Source of the DNA: a virus
Lineage: Duplodnaviria > Caudoviricetes
DNA length: 64,000 nucleotides
Direction: 5' to 3' (one strand)
IMG/VR virus record: IMGVR_UViG_3300022543_000001
Coordinates: 1-64,000 of that record
A program made the position numbers and the translations under genes. A model generated the notes under the pieces. The model was not told the origin of the DNA, did not search any database, and saw nothing but the letters and a program-made list of their open reading frames with translations. Numbering within the stretch: position 1 is the stretch's first letter; each line of letters starts with the position of its first letter. Positions 1 to 8,745 of this stretch are shown in pieces.

Positions 1-1
1 G

Positions 2-235
2 AAAGATGCTGAGTACCTCAAGTTGAGAGAAAGGTTTCTTACTGAAAATCCAATATGTCAGGTCTCTGTAGCCGGTTGTATGCATGGTAGTACTGATGTA
101 CATCATACATATGCCGGCTCTAACAGGGATGCTTTCTATTTGGTACAGTCTACATGGAAATCTGTTTGTAGAAACTGTCACAATTATATCCATGAGCATC
201 CTGAAGATGCTAGAACAATGGGTTGGTTAAAATAA
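2..235 (+). CDS. HNH endonuclease (5'-truncated by window edge)
   Basis: CQV..GC...STDVHH...VCRNCHNYIH Zn-binding HNH pattern; the frame is open back to nt 2 (KDAEYLKLRERF). Confidence 0.8.
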   Translation, partial: KDAEYLKLRERFLTENPICQVSVAGCMHGSTDVHHTYAGSNRDAFYLVQSTWKSVCRNCHNYIHEHPEDARTMGWLK

Positions 236-249
236 CTTATAATATACTT

Positions 250-1344
250 ATGACAAAAGATGAAGTTCAATTAGAAGCATTAGAAGCTACTAAGAATAAA
301 CAAAAATGCACAATAGTTTTGGGTACTGGTGTAGGAAAGACTCTTGTGGGTTTGACTCATATTGATACCAATACTAATGGATTGATGAGAGTTCTTATTG
401 TTGCACCCAAGAAATCAATCTTCCAATCATGGAAGGATGATGCTGTAAAGTTTGGGAAAGAAGAATTATTAGGTAGAATGGTATTTACTACTTATCTAAG
501 TTTGAATAAACAAAATCCTAATGATTACGATGTTATCTATTTAGATGAATGTCATAGTTTGTTGGATAGTCACCGAGCATTCTTAGAAACCTATAAAGGT
601 AAGATACTTGGATTGACTGGTACACCACCTAAAGTCAACTATTCAGAAAAAGGTAAGTTAATAAATGAATTCTGTCCTGTAGTATATACATTCAAAGCAG
701 ATGATGCTGTAGAGAATGGAATACTAAATGATTACCAAATTGTAGTACACAAGATTAATTTATCTCATGAAAAGAATTATTTGGTTAAAATGTCAAATAA
801 ACAATTCATGACTGATGAAGAGTCTAACTATATTTATTGGTCAAGAAGAATTGATGTAGGATCTGGAAACATGCACATGCTCAGAGTTATGAGAATGAAA
901 GCTATGATGGAGTATCCAAGCAAAGAGAAGTATGCTAAAAAGTTAATGGATAGCATTGACAATAAGTGTATCTTATTTGCTAATACTCAAGCTCAATCTG
1001 ATAGATTGTGTGTACACAGTTATCATAGTAATAACAAAGATTCTGAAGATAATCTGCAGATGTTTAAAGATGGGGAAATTACAAAGTTATCTACTGTATT
1101 ACAGTTAAATGAAGGTGTAAACATTCCTAATCTTAAACAAGGTATAATCATGCATGCTTATGGGAATGAAAGAAAAGCAAGTCAAAGAATTGGGAGGTTG
1201 CTCCGTCTTAATCCTGATGATAAAGCTATTGTACATATACTTTGTTATGTAGGTACTATAGATGAAAAATGGGTTACTGAAGCTTTAGAAGGTTTTGATC
1301 AAACTAAAATTGTATGGAAAGATTTTGGGGTTAACTTGAGTTAA
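250..1344 (+). CDS. Superfamily 2 DNA helicase (UvsW/ResIII-like)
   Basis: Walker A GTGVGKT, DECH box, motif III TGT, motif VI QRIGRLLR; ATG at 250 preferred over track start 223. Confidence 0.9.
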   Translation: MTKDEVQLEALEATKNKQKCTIVLGTGVGKTLVGLTHIDTNTNGLMRVLIVAPKKSIFQSWKDDAVKFGKEELLGRMVFTTYLSLNKQNPNDYDVIYLDECHSLLDSHRAFLETYKGKILGLTGTPPKVNYSEKGKLINEFCPVVYTFKADDAVENGILNDYQIVVHKINLSHEKNYLVKMSNKQFMTDEESNYIYWSRRIDVGSGNMHMLRVMRMKAMMEYPSKEKYAKKLMDSIDNKCILFANTQAQSDRLCVHSYHSNNKDSEDNLQMFKDGEITKLSTVLQLNEGVNIPNLKQGIIMHAYGNERKASQRIGRLLRLNPDDKAIVHILCYVGTIDEKWVTEALEGFDQTKIVWKDFGVNLS

Positions 1345-1372
1345 TCCTGAAATTTCTGTATATTAGAGTAAT

Positions 1373-1627
1373 ATGGAAAACACAAAAACACATAAATTAG
1401 TTTTGTATAATGATTCTGTTAATGACTATGGTTACATCATGGCATGCTTAATTAAATTCTGTAAACATGAACCAATACAAGCTGAACAATGTGCTATTAT
1501 TGCTCATAATGTTGGTAAATGTTCTGTTAAATCAGGTGATTTCTTAGAGATGTTGGAAATAAAATCTACTTTTGAAGACTTACAGATTAAATCAGAAATA
1601 GAAGTTTATGAAAGTCATATGCATTGA
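1373..1627 (+). CDS. clpS: ClpS-like N-degron adaptor
   Basis: LVLYNDSVN..YIMACL..FCKH...QAEQCA..AH..GKCSVK.G matches the ClpS core as seen in Bacteroidota. Confidence 0.8.
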   Translation: MENTKTHKLVLYNDSVNDYGYIMACLIKFCKHEPIQAEQCAIIAHNVGKCSVKSGDFLEMLEIKSTFEDLQIKSEIEVYESHMH

Positions 1628-1880
1628 TGCAAGCAAAAAACCAAACAGAATATCTCCAGATGAATGGATAAAAGAAGGTGTAGTCTACACTGTTATTAAT
1701 GCTGTAAACATGGGTTTACAAGCTGGTAAAGTTGGTTTAGAACTCAAAGAAGTTAAATTAACTGAAAGATCATTTCCTTATGAATACTATGATGCAAGCA
1801 GATTTCTTCCTATAGAAGGAATGGTAGCTGATGCAAAAGTAGAAAAGGAAGAGATGGAATTAGAATTAGATATTATTTAA
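1608..1880 (+). CDS. Hypothetical protein
   Basis: 90-aa ORF in tightly packed co-directional operon. Confidence 0.6.
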   Translation: MKVICIDASKKPNRISPDEWIKEGVVYTVINAVNMGLQAGKVGLELKEVKLTERSFPYEYYDASRFLPIEGMVADAKVEKEEMELELDII

Positions 1881-1881
1881 T

Positions 1882-2316
1882 ATGGAAGATTACACTAAAG
1901 AAGATGTTTTAAATGAACTGATTCTTTTGGACCGTGATTCTCGTAAAAGACATCTTGTTGATCAAAGAAGTTATTTGATAGCAATACTAGCTTATAGGTT
2001 TGGAATGACTGAACATGCAATTGCTAAAGCTATCAACTTTAGAAGAGATAAAGTGCATTATAACAAAAAGATTGCTCTTCAATTTTATGCTGACAAGTCT
2101 TATAGACAAAATATATATGTTTATTCAGTTATGTTTCCCTATGAGCTTGATGTTGTTGAAGTTTCTAGAATGCACAGATCACAAAGAATTGAATTGGATT
2201 TAGATGCTAAACTTTACAAAAAACTTAGAGCAGCTAAAGCTATATTGGGTCACAAAGATATCAGAACAACCATTAAATTATTTCTTGAAAAAAGTTTATT
2301 ATTATGGGAAAAATGA
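1882..2316 (+). CDS. Putative DNA-binding protein (DnaA domain-IV-like HTH plus C-terminal ribbon-helix-helix-like region)
   Basis: DSRKRHLVDQRSYLIAIL..RFGMTEHAIAKAINFRRDKVHY resembles the DnaA C-terminal HTH; RIELDLDAKLYKKLRAAKAILGHKDIRTTIKLFL resembles CopG/RHH. Confidence 0.5.
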   Translation: MEDYTKEDVLNELILLDRDSRKRHLVDQRSYLIAILAYRFGMTEHAIAKAINFRRDKVHYNKKIALQFYADKSYRQNIYVYSVMFPYELDVVEVSRMHRSQRIELDLDAKLYKKLRAAKAILGHKDIRTTIKLFLEKSLLLWEK

Positions 2317-2564
2317 AAGAAGTCTGTATTCAGATTATGAATGCAAACGATGGTATACCAGAAGGTATGACCATTGGAGATGTAGCTAGAATGAGAGATT
2401 TAGAAATTTATAATTGGGAAGAATATGAAAGAGAAGCGGAAAGACGGAGGGTCAAGTTCATTGAATCAGAGAATTCAACAGAACTTAAGAAAGTTACTCA
2501 AGCTAACCACAAGTTCTCCTCGTTCTATGGGGAAGCAAGAGAAGAAAAGGGGGATAAACAATGA
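2313..2564 (+). CDS. Hypothetical protein
   Basis: ATGA overlap with upstream gene at 2313-2316 and with downstream gene at 2561-2564. Confidence 0.6.
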   Translation: MKEVCIQIMNANDGIPEGMTIGDVARMRDLEIYNWEEYEREAERRRVKFIESENSTELKKVTQANHKFSSFYGEAREEKGDKQ

Positions 2565-2770
2565 AGAAGGAGATTAATTATCTAATTGTTTATGCACTTA
2601 CAGTAGTTTTTGCAACTATAATTGCTATTTCAGTAGAAAGAAAAGAACCAAAAGTTACTTCTGTTAAAATAGCTAAGGTGTTTATAAAGAAACGTGAAGT
2701 TGATTGGAGTAATATTGATAATCCAAAGAAAAAAGAGTATTTGGAGCATCTTTACAACACCAGCAAATAA
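2561..2770 (+). CDS. Small membrane-anchored protein
   Basis: N-terminal hydrophobic stretch YLIVYALTVVFATIIAISV. Confidence 0.6.
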   Translation: MKKEINYLIVYALTVVFATIIAISVERKEPKVTSVKIAKVFIKKREVDWSNIDNPKKKEYLEHLYNTSK

Positions 2771-2782
2771 TCTTATAGAAAG

Positions 2783-2986
2783 ATGAAACACTTTATTAAG
2801 TATACATTGGTATGGATAAGCCAAAACTTGTCCATACCATTTTGGATGGTGGGTCATGTACACCTGATGACTTCAGTGTATGCTGATCTACATGAAATAA
2901 TCATGTCCTTTGGTATGAATATCATTGTGGCAGTAGGATTTATTATTGATTACATAGATACAAGAAAAAATGATAACAATATTTAG
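2783..2986 (+). CDS. Small membrane protein (two hydrophobic segments)
   Basis: FIKYTLVWISQNLSIPFWMV and IIMSFGMNIIVAVGFII. Confidence 0.55.
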   Translation: MKHFIKYTLVWISQNLSIPFWMVGHVHLMTSVYADLHEIIMSFGMNIIVAVGFIIDYIDTRKNDNNI

Positions 2987-3362
2987 AGGAGCATATTTGC
3001 TTATGTTAAGTTACAATCCATGTGAGGTATTTACTTACTTTAATGTAGAAGCAACTCATGGTCTTAATATTATAGACTGTGAAGCACATGCTAATACAAC
3101 AGAAAGTGCTTATATAGCAGGTTGGAGTAATTTCATACCTAAAGAATCTGGTGAGTACACAGATGATGATCCAAGATTTGTATTTATCAATCTTTCAAGA
3201 TGCACAGATTCAGTTAGTACGTTTGGATTGATAATGCATGAGTTAATGCATCAATCATTTGCACTGCATAATTTTGACGTAACTAAAGAAGAAGAAATTA
3301 TTACATGGGCAGAAGAAGAAGCTTACGAAGTATTTAAACTTATTAAAAAAGAAAATGAATAA
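2970..3362 (+). CDS. Zincin-like metallopeptidase domain protein
   Basis: LIMHELMHQ (HExxH) followed by EEEIITWAEE. Confidence 0.6.
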   Translation: MITIFRGAYLLMLSYNPCEVFTYFNVEATHGLNIIDCEAHANTTESAYIAGWSNFIPKESGEYTDDDPRFVFINLSRCTDSVSTFGLIMHELMHQSFALHNFDVTKEEEIITWAEEEAYEVFKLIKKENE

Positions 3363-3756
3363 GTATTTTAATTTTGCAGACCAAAAAATAAAGACTCTGA
3401 TTAACGACATATGTCAAGAACATTGGGATGCTTCTAAATCAGAAGATACCAACATGGGTTATTTATGGTATATGTATGCAACTGGTCATAAAAAAGGAGA
3501 CTTTAGACCTTTTATCTTTCATTCAGAAATGAATCTTTTGATGAAGACTGAATACATTACTAATGATGAAAGAGAAAACATGTTGAACATGCTGCTTAGT
3601 GAGGATAAAGAGAATGCTAATATTGTTGCATATTCTTTATTGACATTAAGAAATCTTAGAATAAAAGAAAAAGGACAATGGGTTTTGGATAATGAACATT
3701 ATAAACATTTGAATTATACATCCGATATTATAAATCCTGAATTTTTTATGAAGTAA
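3355..3756 (+). CDS. Hypothetical protein carrying the L-x-x-M-L-x-S-x-D-x-E-N helical motif
   Basis: ENMLNMLLSEDKENANIVAYSLL; overlaps upstream gene. Confidence 0.65.
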   Translation: MNKYFNFADQKIKTLINDICQEHWDASKSEDTNMGYLWYMYATGHKKGDFRPFIFHSEMNLLMKTEYITNDERENMLNMLLSEDKENANIVAYSLLTLRNLRIKEKGQWVLDNEHYKHLNYTSDIINPEFFMK

Positions 3757-3759
3757 ACA

Positions 3760-4635
3760 ATGTCTGTTATAGAGAAAGTAACTAGAAAGTCTATGATTAT
3801 TAGGCCTTCTGGTAGAAGCACAGATTTTATAAGCCCAAGTTTTGGACATGGTTGTCTTTATAATTGTAGTTACTGCTATATGAAGAGACACAAACCGGAA
3901 GGATTATCTGTAGCTACTAATACTATGGATATCCTGACAGAAGTTAATTCACATGCTTTCTTTGCTACAGTAGAGAAACCAAATCAGACTGGAGATTATA
4001 TTACATATGATATCAGTTGTAATGAGGACTTTGCTCTACATGCTAAGTATCATGAATGGGAAAAAATCTTTAAGTTTTTTAGAGATCATCCACTTGCTAT
4101 GGGTTCATTTGCTACTAAGTATGTAAATGGTGATCTTATGGAGTTTAATCCTGAAGGTAAGATAAGAATCCGGTTTAGTTTAATGCCTGAAGAATACAGA
4201 GAAGTATTGGAACCTAATACAGATACTATTTCAGATAGGTTGCATGCTGTTCAAGGATTTTTAGATGCGGGTTATGAAGTACATCTTAACTTTAGTCCAG
4301 TTGTAGTTCATGATAATTGGTTGGAAAAATATAAAATATTATTTCAATTAGTTGATACTTATGCTATTGTTATGAATTGGGGTAGCTATAATAGTCCTGT
4401 TAAAGCTGAGGTAATCTTTTTAACTCATAATCAAGACAAACATTTTTATAATTTAGCAAATGGTTTACCAGGTGAAGACTTACTTTGGGTCCCAAAAATA
4501 CAAGAAGCAAAAACCTCACAGTATGGTGGGAAAAACATAAGGTATGAACATAATAGAAAAGCAGACTACATAAAGCAGTTTGTGGAACTACATGATCAAA
4601 CAATACCTTGGAACACAATTAGATATATATTTTGA
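3760..4635 (+). CDS. splB: Spore photoproduct lyase-family radical SAM protein
   Basis: GHGCLYNCSYCYM (CxxxCxxC), ISCNED (aligns by eye to the SPL ASCTSD/Cys141 motif), ATKY, RIRFSLMP, HLNFSPVV. Confidence 0.8.
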   Translation: MSVIEKVTRKSMIIRPSGRSTDFISPSFGHGCLYNCSYCYMKRHKPEGLSVATNTMDILTEVNSHAFFATVEKPNQTGDYITYDISCNEDFALHAKYHEWEKIFKFFRDHPLAMGSFATKYVNGDLMEFNPEGKIRIRFSLMPEEYREVLEPNTDTISDRLHAVQGFLDAGYEVHLNFSPVVVHDNWLEKYKILFQLVDTYAIVMNWGSYNSPVKAEVIFLTHNQDKHFYNLANGLPGEDLLWVPKIQEAKTSQYGGKNIRYEHNRKADYIKQFVELHDQTIPWNTIRYIF

Positions 4636-4636
4636 T

Positions 4637-4723
4637 ATGGAAAATTACCCTAAATGGTTGAATAACCTTATTTACTTTTTAGCCGGAATTGGCTTTTATG
4701 GAGTTTTAATTTATTTTTTATAG
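4637..4723 (+). CDS. 28-aa hydrophobic peptide (not in ORF track)
   Basis: ATG 4637 to TAG 4721-4723: MENYPKWLNNLIYFLAGIGFYGVLIYFL; exactly fills the gap between flanking genes. Confidence 0.55.
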   Translation: MENYPKWLNNLIYFLAGIGFYGVLIYFL

Positions 4724-4726
4724 ACA

Positions 4727-4915
4727 ATGGAATGCATTAAATGTGGTGCTACAGCAACCAAAAAGTATAGTCCTGATTTAGATGTTAAAGGAATTGGAAT
4801 GTGTGATGAACATGAAGAAGAAATCAAATTAGATTTACTCATAACACAATTTGATCCTAAAGGATGGGAGAAATTTGAAAAAAAATACAATAATGACAGA
4901 AAATCAACTAGTTAA
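4727..4915 (+). CDS. Small Zn-ribbon-like protein
   Basis: MECIKCG...GMCDEH (CxxC...CxxH). Confidence 0.55.
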   Translation: MECIKCGATATKKYSPDLDVKGIGMCDEHEEEIKLDLLITQFDPKGWEKFEKKYNNDRKSTS

Positions 4916-5156
4916 GCATGGATTTAAAAAACAAATGTGCTCTGATTTAGAGAGTAATAATGGTTATGATTATTACTACTATATCTTAGAGCTTTGTGAA
5001 GGCATGTGTCTTGTTTCTACAGACAGTGATGTTGTTAAAGATGATCACTGGAAAGTTATTTCTTTTGATGTACCTGCATTGACAATTGTAACAGAAGAGA
5101 ATTTAATTAGTTTTCTTCAAGTGATGGAAGAATTAATAAATTGCGAAGATGTTTAG
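4893..5156 (+). CDS. Hypothetical protein
   Basis: ATG at 4893 (MTENQLVKHGF); overlaps both neighbours. Confidence 0.6.
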   Translation: MTENQLVKHGFKKQMCSDLESNNGYDYYYYILELCEGMCLVSTDSDVVKDDHWKVISFDVPALTIVTEENLISFLQVMEELINCEDV

Positions 5157-5502
5157 TGGTAAGTTTATTAAAAAAGATGGCAAACTTGTATTTGCACACC
5201 CACAAGATAAACTGGCTTATGAGATTTTCCTAGAGAAGATTCCAGAGGGTCAGAAAGTGGATATGTATTTAGATCTGGCTGATGCAGATCATAGTAAAGC
5301 ACAACTTGCAAAAGTACATGCTTGTATTAGAGAAATAGCAAAAGAATCTGGATATACCTTTGATGAAATGAAATGTGTCATTAAAGATGCATCTGGTATA
5401 GCAGATAAGTCTTTTGCTGACTGTAGTAAAGATGAATTGATGTTGGCTATTGAAGCTTGTATACAAATAGGAAGAGAACAGTTTAATATTAATCTAGCTT
5501 AG
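5149..5502 (+). CDS. NinB/YbcN-like protein
   Basis: HSKAQLAKVHACIREIAKESGYTFDEMK...SFADCSKDELMLAIE resembles the NinB family pattern. Confidence 0.55.
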   Translation: MFSGKFIKKDGKLVFAHPQDKLAYEIFLEKIPEGQKVDMYLDLADADHSKAQLAKVHACIREIAKESGYTFDEMKCVIKDASGIADKSFADCSKDELMLAIEACIQIGREQFNINLA

Positions 5503-5800
5503 GTGCTACATAACCTTCATCTCCTGGTTCAGGAATTTCCTTTTCATTGTACAAGTTATTTCTAGTAGCTTGAGTTTCTATTTCAGCTAGAAGAAGTGCT
5601 AAAGTATAAAAAGCTCTTTGTTGTTCATCAAGATCATTGTATTCTTTATTCATGATATCTTTAAAGTATGCATCTCCTTTTTCAGGAATATCCATATTTT
5701 GTAGAAGCACAAAAGAAGCAGCTTTAGTCATTAAGTAAAAACTTTTATTTACTTGTATGTTTATAACAACATCATCTTTTAGCTCTTTTACCTTTATCAT
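5489..5800 (-). CDS. Hypothetical protein (103 aa), sole inverted gene in the + block
   Basis: ATG at 5800 (MIKVKELKDDVVINIQVNKSFY...); the longer track version is the antisense shadow of UDG. Confidence 0.7.
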   Translation of the reverse strand: MIKVKELKDDVVINIQVNKSFYLMTKAASFVLLQNMDIPEKGDAYFKDIMNKEYNDLDEQQRAFYTLALLLAEIETQATRNNLYNEKEIPEPGDEGYVAPKLD

Positions 5801-5815
5801 AATTATAATTTTTAT

Positions 5816-5823
5816 CAAAAATA
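5816..5823 (-). promoter_or_regulatory. Bacteroidota-type -7 promoter box TATTTTTG
   Basis: Perfect TAnnTTTG 15 nt upstream of ATG 5800; no matching -33 TTG found, and the motif is frequent by chance in AT-rich DNA. Confidence 0.45.
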
Positions 5824-5831
5824 ACAAAAAA

Positions 5832-6524
5832 ATGGATTTAGAAGAAATTAAACAAAAAATGTTTGAGAAATTGAAACCAAATGGTTGGGATAGAATTCTT
5901 AAATCTTTTATATTTAGTTCTGAATTTGATGATATACTCATTAAACTTCGTACACTAAGTGAATCAGATAAAAGATTTACACCACCTCTCAAACAAGTAT
6001 TCAGAGCATTTGAAGAATGTCCATATGATGAACTCAAAGTTGTAATGATTGGTCAAGACCCGTATCCACAGTTAGGTGTTGCTGATGGTATTGCATTTAG
6101 TTGCGGAAATACTTTAACAGAGCAACCTTCATTAAGATTTATATTTAATGGAGTAGAACAAGATTATCCTGACAAATATGAAAGAAACTGTGACTTAACT
6201 AGATGGTCTAATCAAGGTATCTTGATGCTTAACACTGCTCTTACAACTGAAGTAGGTCAAATAAGTGGTCATTATGATATCTGGAAACCGTTTACTGCAT
6301 ATCTGTTAGATACTTTAAATAATTATAATAATGGATTGATATATGTGTACATGGGTAAAAAAGCTGAAGAGTGGTCTAGTCTTACCAATGATAATAATTA
6401 TAGGTTTTATGTTAAACATCCTGCTTCTGCTGCTTATAATGGCTCTAAATGGGATTGTGATGATATATTTAAAAAAATATCTGTTCTAGTAAAAGAGAAT
6501 TATAATCAAACTATAACATGGTGA
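5832..6524 (+). CDS. ung: Uracil-DNA glycosylase (family 1)
   Basis: VVMIGQDPY, ADGIAFS, WSNQGILMLNTALT, YVYMG, HPAS; ATG 5832 (MDLEEIKQK). Confidence 0.92.
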   Translation: MDLEEIKQKMFEKLKPNGWDRILKSFIFSSEFDDILIKLRTLSESDKRFTPPLKQVFRAFEECPYDELKVVMIGQDPYPQLGVADGIAFSCGNTLTEQPSLRFIFNGVEQDYPDKYERNCDLTRWSNQGILMLNTALTTEVGQISGHYDIWKPFTAYLLDTLNNYNNGLIYVYMGKKAEEWSSLTNDNNYRFYVKHPASAAYNGSKWDCDDIFKKISVLVKENYNQTITW

Positions 6525-6525
6525 T

Positions 6526-7113
6526 ATGAAAGAGATCTTTAAAAAACTTGCTGATAATGGAATAACTCCTAATGCATTCTATATACTAGACTGTGTAAAA
6601 GAAGGCATTGTTCCAAATACTTATGTTAAAGCTAGTCTTGAAGTAACCAGGTTAATTAAAGATAATTGGTTGACACAAGATTTGGAATTAACAGATAAAA
6701 GTATTATTTTTACTACTGAAATTGATGGTTATTTCAAGAGATCTAAGAAAAAAACTTCTACAGATTTACTAGGGCATAATTTTATGCAAAACATAGAGGC
6801 ATATGTACACATATTTCCTAATAAGAAGTTATCTTCTGGAAAATATGCTAGAGTACCTGCTAAAAACCTAGAAAGTGGATTTAGATGGTTTTTTGAAACC
6901 TATAATTATGATTGGGAAACTATCTTTCAAGCTACACAAAAATATGTTGGAGAATATGAATCTAAAAACTTTGAATACATGAGAACTGCTCAATATTTTT
7001 TGAGAAAGCAAAATGTAGACAAGAGTTGGGATTCTGATTTAGCAACTTATTGTGAATACTTAAAAGATAATCCTGATGATGAACAAGTACATTTTGGTGA
7101 GTTAATTGTATAA
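6526..7113 (+). CDS. Putative replication initiator/helicase-loader-like protein
   Basis: Directly upstream of DnaB; helical N-terminus plus YVHIFPNKK..SGKYAR segment; position-based inference. Confidence 0.4.
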   Translation: MKEIFKKLADNGITPNAFYILDCVKEGIVPNTYVKASLEVTRLIKDNWLTQDLELTDKSIIFTTEIDGYFKRSKKKTSTDLLGHNFMQNIEAYVHIFPNKKLSSGKYARVPAKNLESGFRWFFETYNYDWETIFQATQKYVGEYESKNFEYMRTAQYFLRKQNVDKSWDSDLATYCEYLKDNPDDEQVHFGELIV

Positions 7114-7129
7114 TTTAAATTAAAAATCT

Positions 7130-8137
7130 ATGGCTAATTTATTTAATGGTGCCCGTCATTTATTACCAGTCAGTGAAAGAGACAGTTTAGAAAAGGGTCT
7201 TATTAAAATGAAAGCTAGAAGAGAAGGTAAGTTACCATCTCTTATTAGTGCATGGCCCAAATTTAATGATGCCTTTTGTGATGGATTAGAATGGAGAACT
7301 ATTACTGTAGTTGGTGCTAGACCAGGGACAGGGAAAACTCTTTTTATGGAACAGTTGATATCTGATATCATTGATCTTAATAAAAATCAAGACTTCCGTG
7401 TTTTAAAATTCCAAATGGAAATGGTTGATGAAACAAGTGCAATAAGAAAGTTCGGTCTGAAAACAGGTGCTGATTACAATACATTAATGAGTAAAGACGG
7501 AAAATTAGTTGACAAAAGAATATTCCAGAAGTGCGTTGATTTTTATCATGAAAGTGCACAGACGGATATTGTTAATGTTGTCTATGATGTATGTACTGTC
7601 AATGAAATGTGTGCTACTATCCATCATGAATTGGAGAGACACAAAAGAGATGATGGTTCATACAGACACATGCTTGTTGCAATAGATCATTCTGCTCTAT
7701 TTAAAAATGATGTAGGACAAAAAGATAAATTTGAAATGCTGGGAGCATTGGGTGAGGCCTTGACTCAAATGAAGAAAAAATATCCAGTTGCATTTATAGT
7801 CCTAAGTCAATTAAATAGAAACATTGATGATGTTAAAAGACAAGTAGAAGGTAATTACGGTAATTATGTATTAGATTCTGATATATATGGTTCTGATGCT
7901 TTGTTACAGCATGCTGATGTGGTAATGGGTATAAATAAACCTTCTATAAGAAAAATTAAACAATATGGTCCTGAGAAGTTTCTGATTGAAGACCCGGATA
8001 CATTAGTGTTTCATTTTTTAAAGTCCAGGAATGGCACAACACGAATAAGTTTCTTTAAACTTGATAGGGTAACTATGAGGATAATAGAAATGAATACCCC
8101 TGCTAGAGCTGTAGCACAAAAAATCCAAGTAAATTAA
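7130..8137 (+). CDS. dnaB: DnaB-like replicative helicase (short, C-terminal ATPase domain only)
   Basis: GARPGTGKT, AIDH, LSQLNR, SDALLQHADVVM, KSRNG. Confidence 0.92.
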   Translation: MANLFNGARHLLPVSERDSLEKGLIKMKARREGKLPSLISAWPKFNDAFCDGLEWRTITVVGARPGTGKTLFMEQLISDIIDLNKNQDFRVLKFQMEMVDETSAIRKFGLKTGADYNTLMSKDGKLVDKRIFQKCVDFYHESAQTDIVNVVYDVCTVNEMCATIHHELERHKRDDGSYRHMLVAIDHSALFKNDVGQKDKFEMLGALGEALTQMKKKYPVAFIVLSQLNRNIDDVKRQVEGNYGNYVLDSDIYGSDALLQHADVVMGINKPSIRKIKQYGPEKFLIEDPDTLVFHFLKSRNGTTRISFFKLDRVTMRIIEMNTPARAVAQKIQVN

Positions 8138-8142
8138 TAAAT

Positions 8143-8745
8143 ATGAGTAGTAATTTAAGAAAAGAAAAAGAAAGAGAGTTCTATATGCAGCATATGGATG
8201 CTTTCAAAGCAATTGGTATTGCTGATCCTTTTTTCACAATTAAAACTGCATTCTTCAAGAAAGGAAAGTTTGGAAGACAATGTCAGTTTTTTGAGTGGGA
8301 ATTAAAGAAAGGTGAAGATATCTACATTGAGTTTTATGACAATGCCTATGATGGTAATGGTAGAACTATTGATATTGTACCAATGAACGAAGACAGAGCA
8401 CTGTTTAAACTTAAGTTCAATCCTTATTTCCAAGAGGAGTATGATGTGATTGAAGGAGTAGACAGTGAAGGAAAACCAGATAGAAAATATCTTATTCCTG
8501 TTAATGAGATGATGGTTGTATTATCTAGTGGTCAAGAGATTAGTCATTCTCTTTATGAGAAAAGAAAAGAAGATGCTAAGAATGATTTGCCTGAATTACA
8601 AAAATCATTAAGTTTGTTCCCCGATTTTGAAAAAGAATATTCTCCTAAAGTAGAGGAAGTTTCTTTGAATGAGGGAGATGAATCTGTTTCTGATATTTTG
8701 ATGAGAATAAGTGTAGAATTTGAAAAATTAGCAAAAAGGTTATGA
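8143..8745 (+). CDS. Hypothetical protein in replication module
   Basis: 200-aa ORF between DnaB and the AAA ATPase; ATGA overlap with the next gene. Confidence 0.7.
   Translation: MSSNLRKEKEREFYMQHMDAFKAIGIADPFFTIKTAFFKKGKFGRQCQFFEWELKKGEDIYIEFYDNAYDGNGRTIDIVPMNEDRALFKLKFNPYFQEEYDVIEGVDSEGKPDRKYLIPVNEMMVVLSSGQEISHSLYEKRKEDAKNDLPELQKSLSLFPDFEKEYSPKVEEVSLNEGDESVSDILMRISVEFEKLAKRL

Noticed and set aside
1359-1366. TATATTAG before clpS and TATCTTTA (22086-22093) before the 43-aa ORF as promoters
   Set aside because: Imperfect -7 boxes only 5-6 nt from the ATG; such octamers are frequent in AT-rich DNA, so they are not listed as features
5801-6037. N-terminal extensions of the 182-aa (-) and 255-aa (+) track ORFs
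   Set aside because: The two extensions are mutual antisense shadows; sensible starts are ATG 5800 (-) and ATG 5832 (+)
8590-8625. QKSLSLF in the 200-aa protein as a second clamp-binding motif
   Set aside because: It is internal and does not match the QL[SD]LF spacing; LSLF is common by chance
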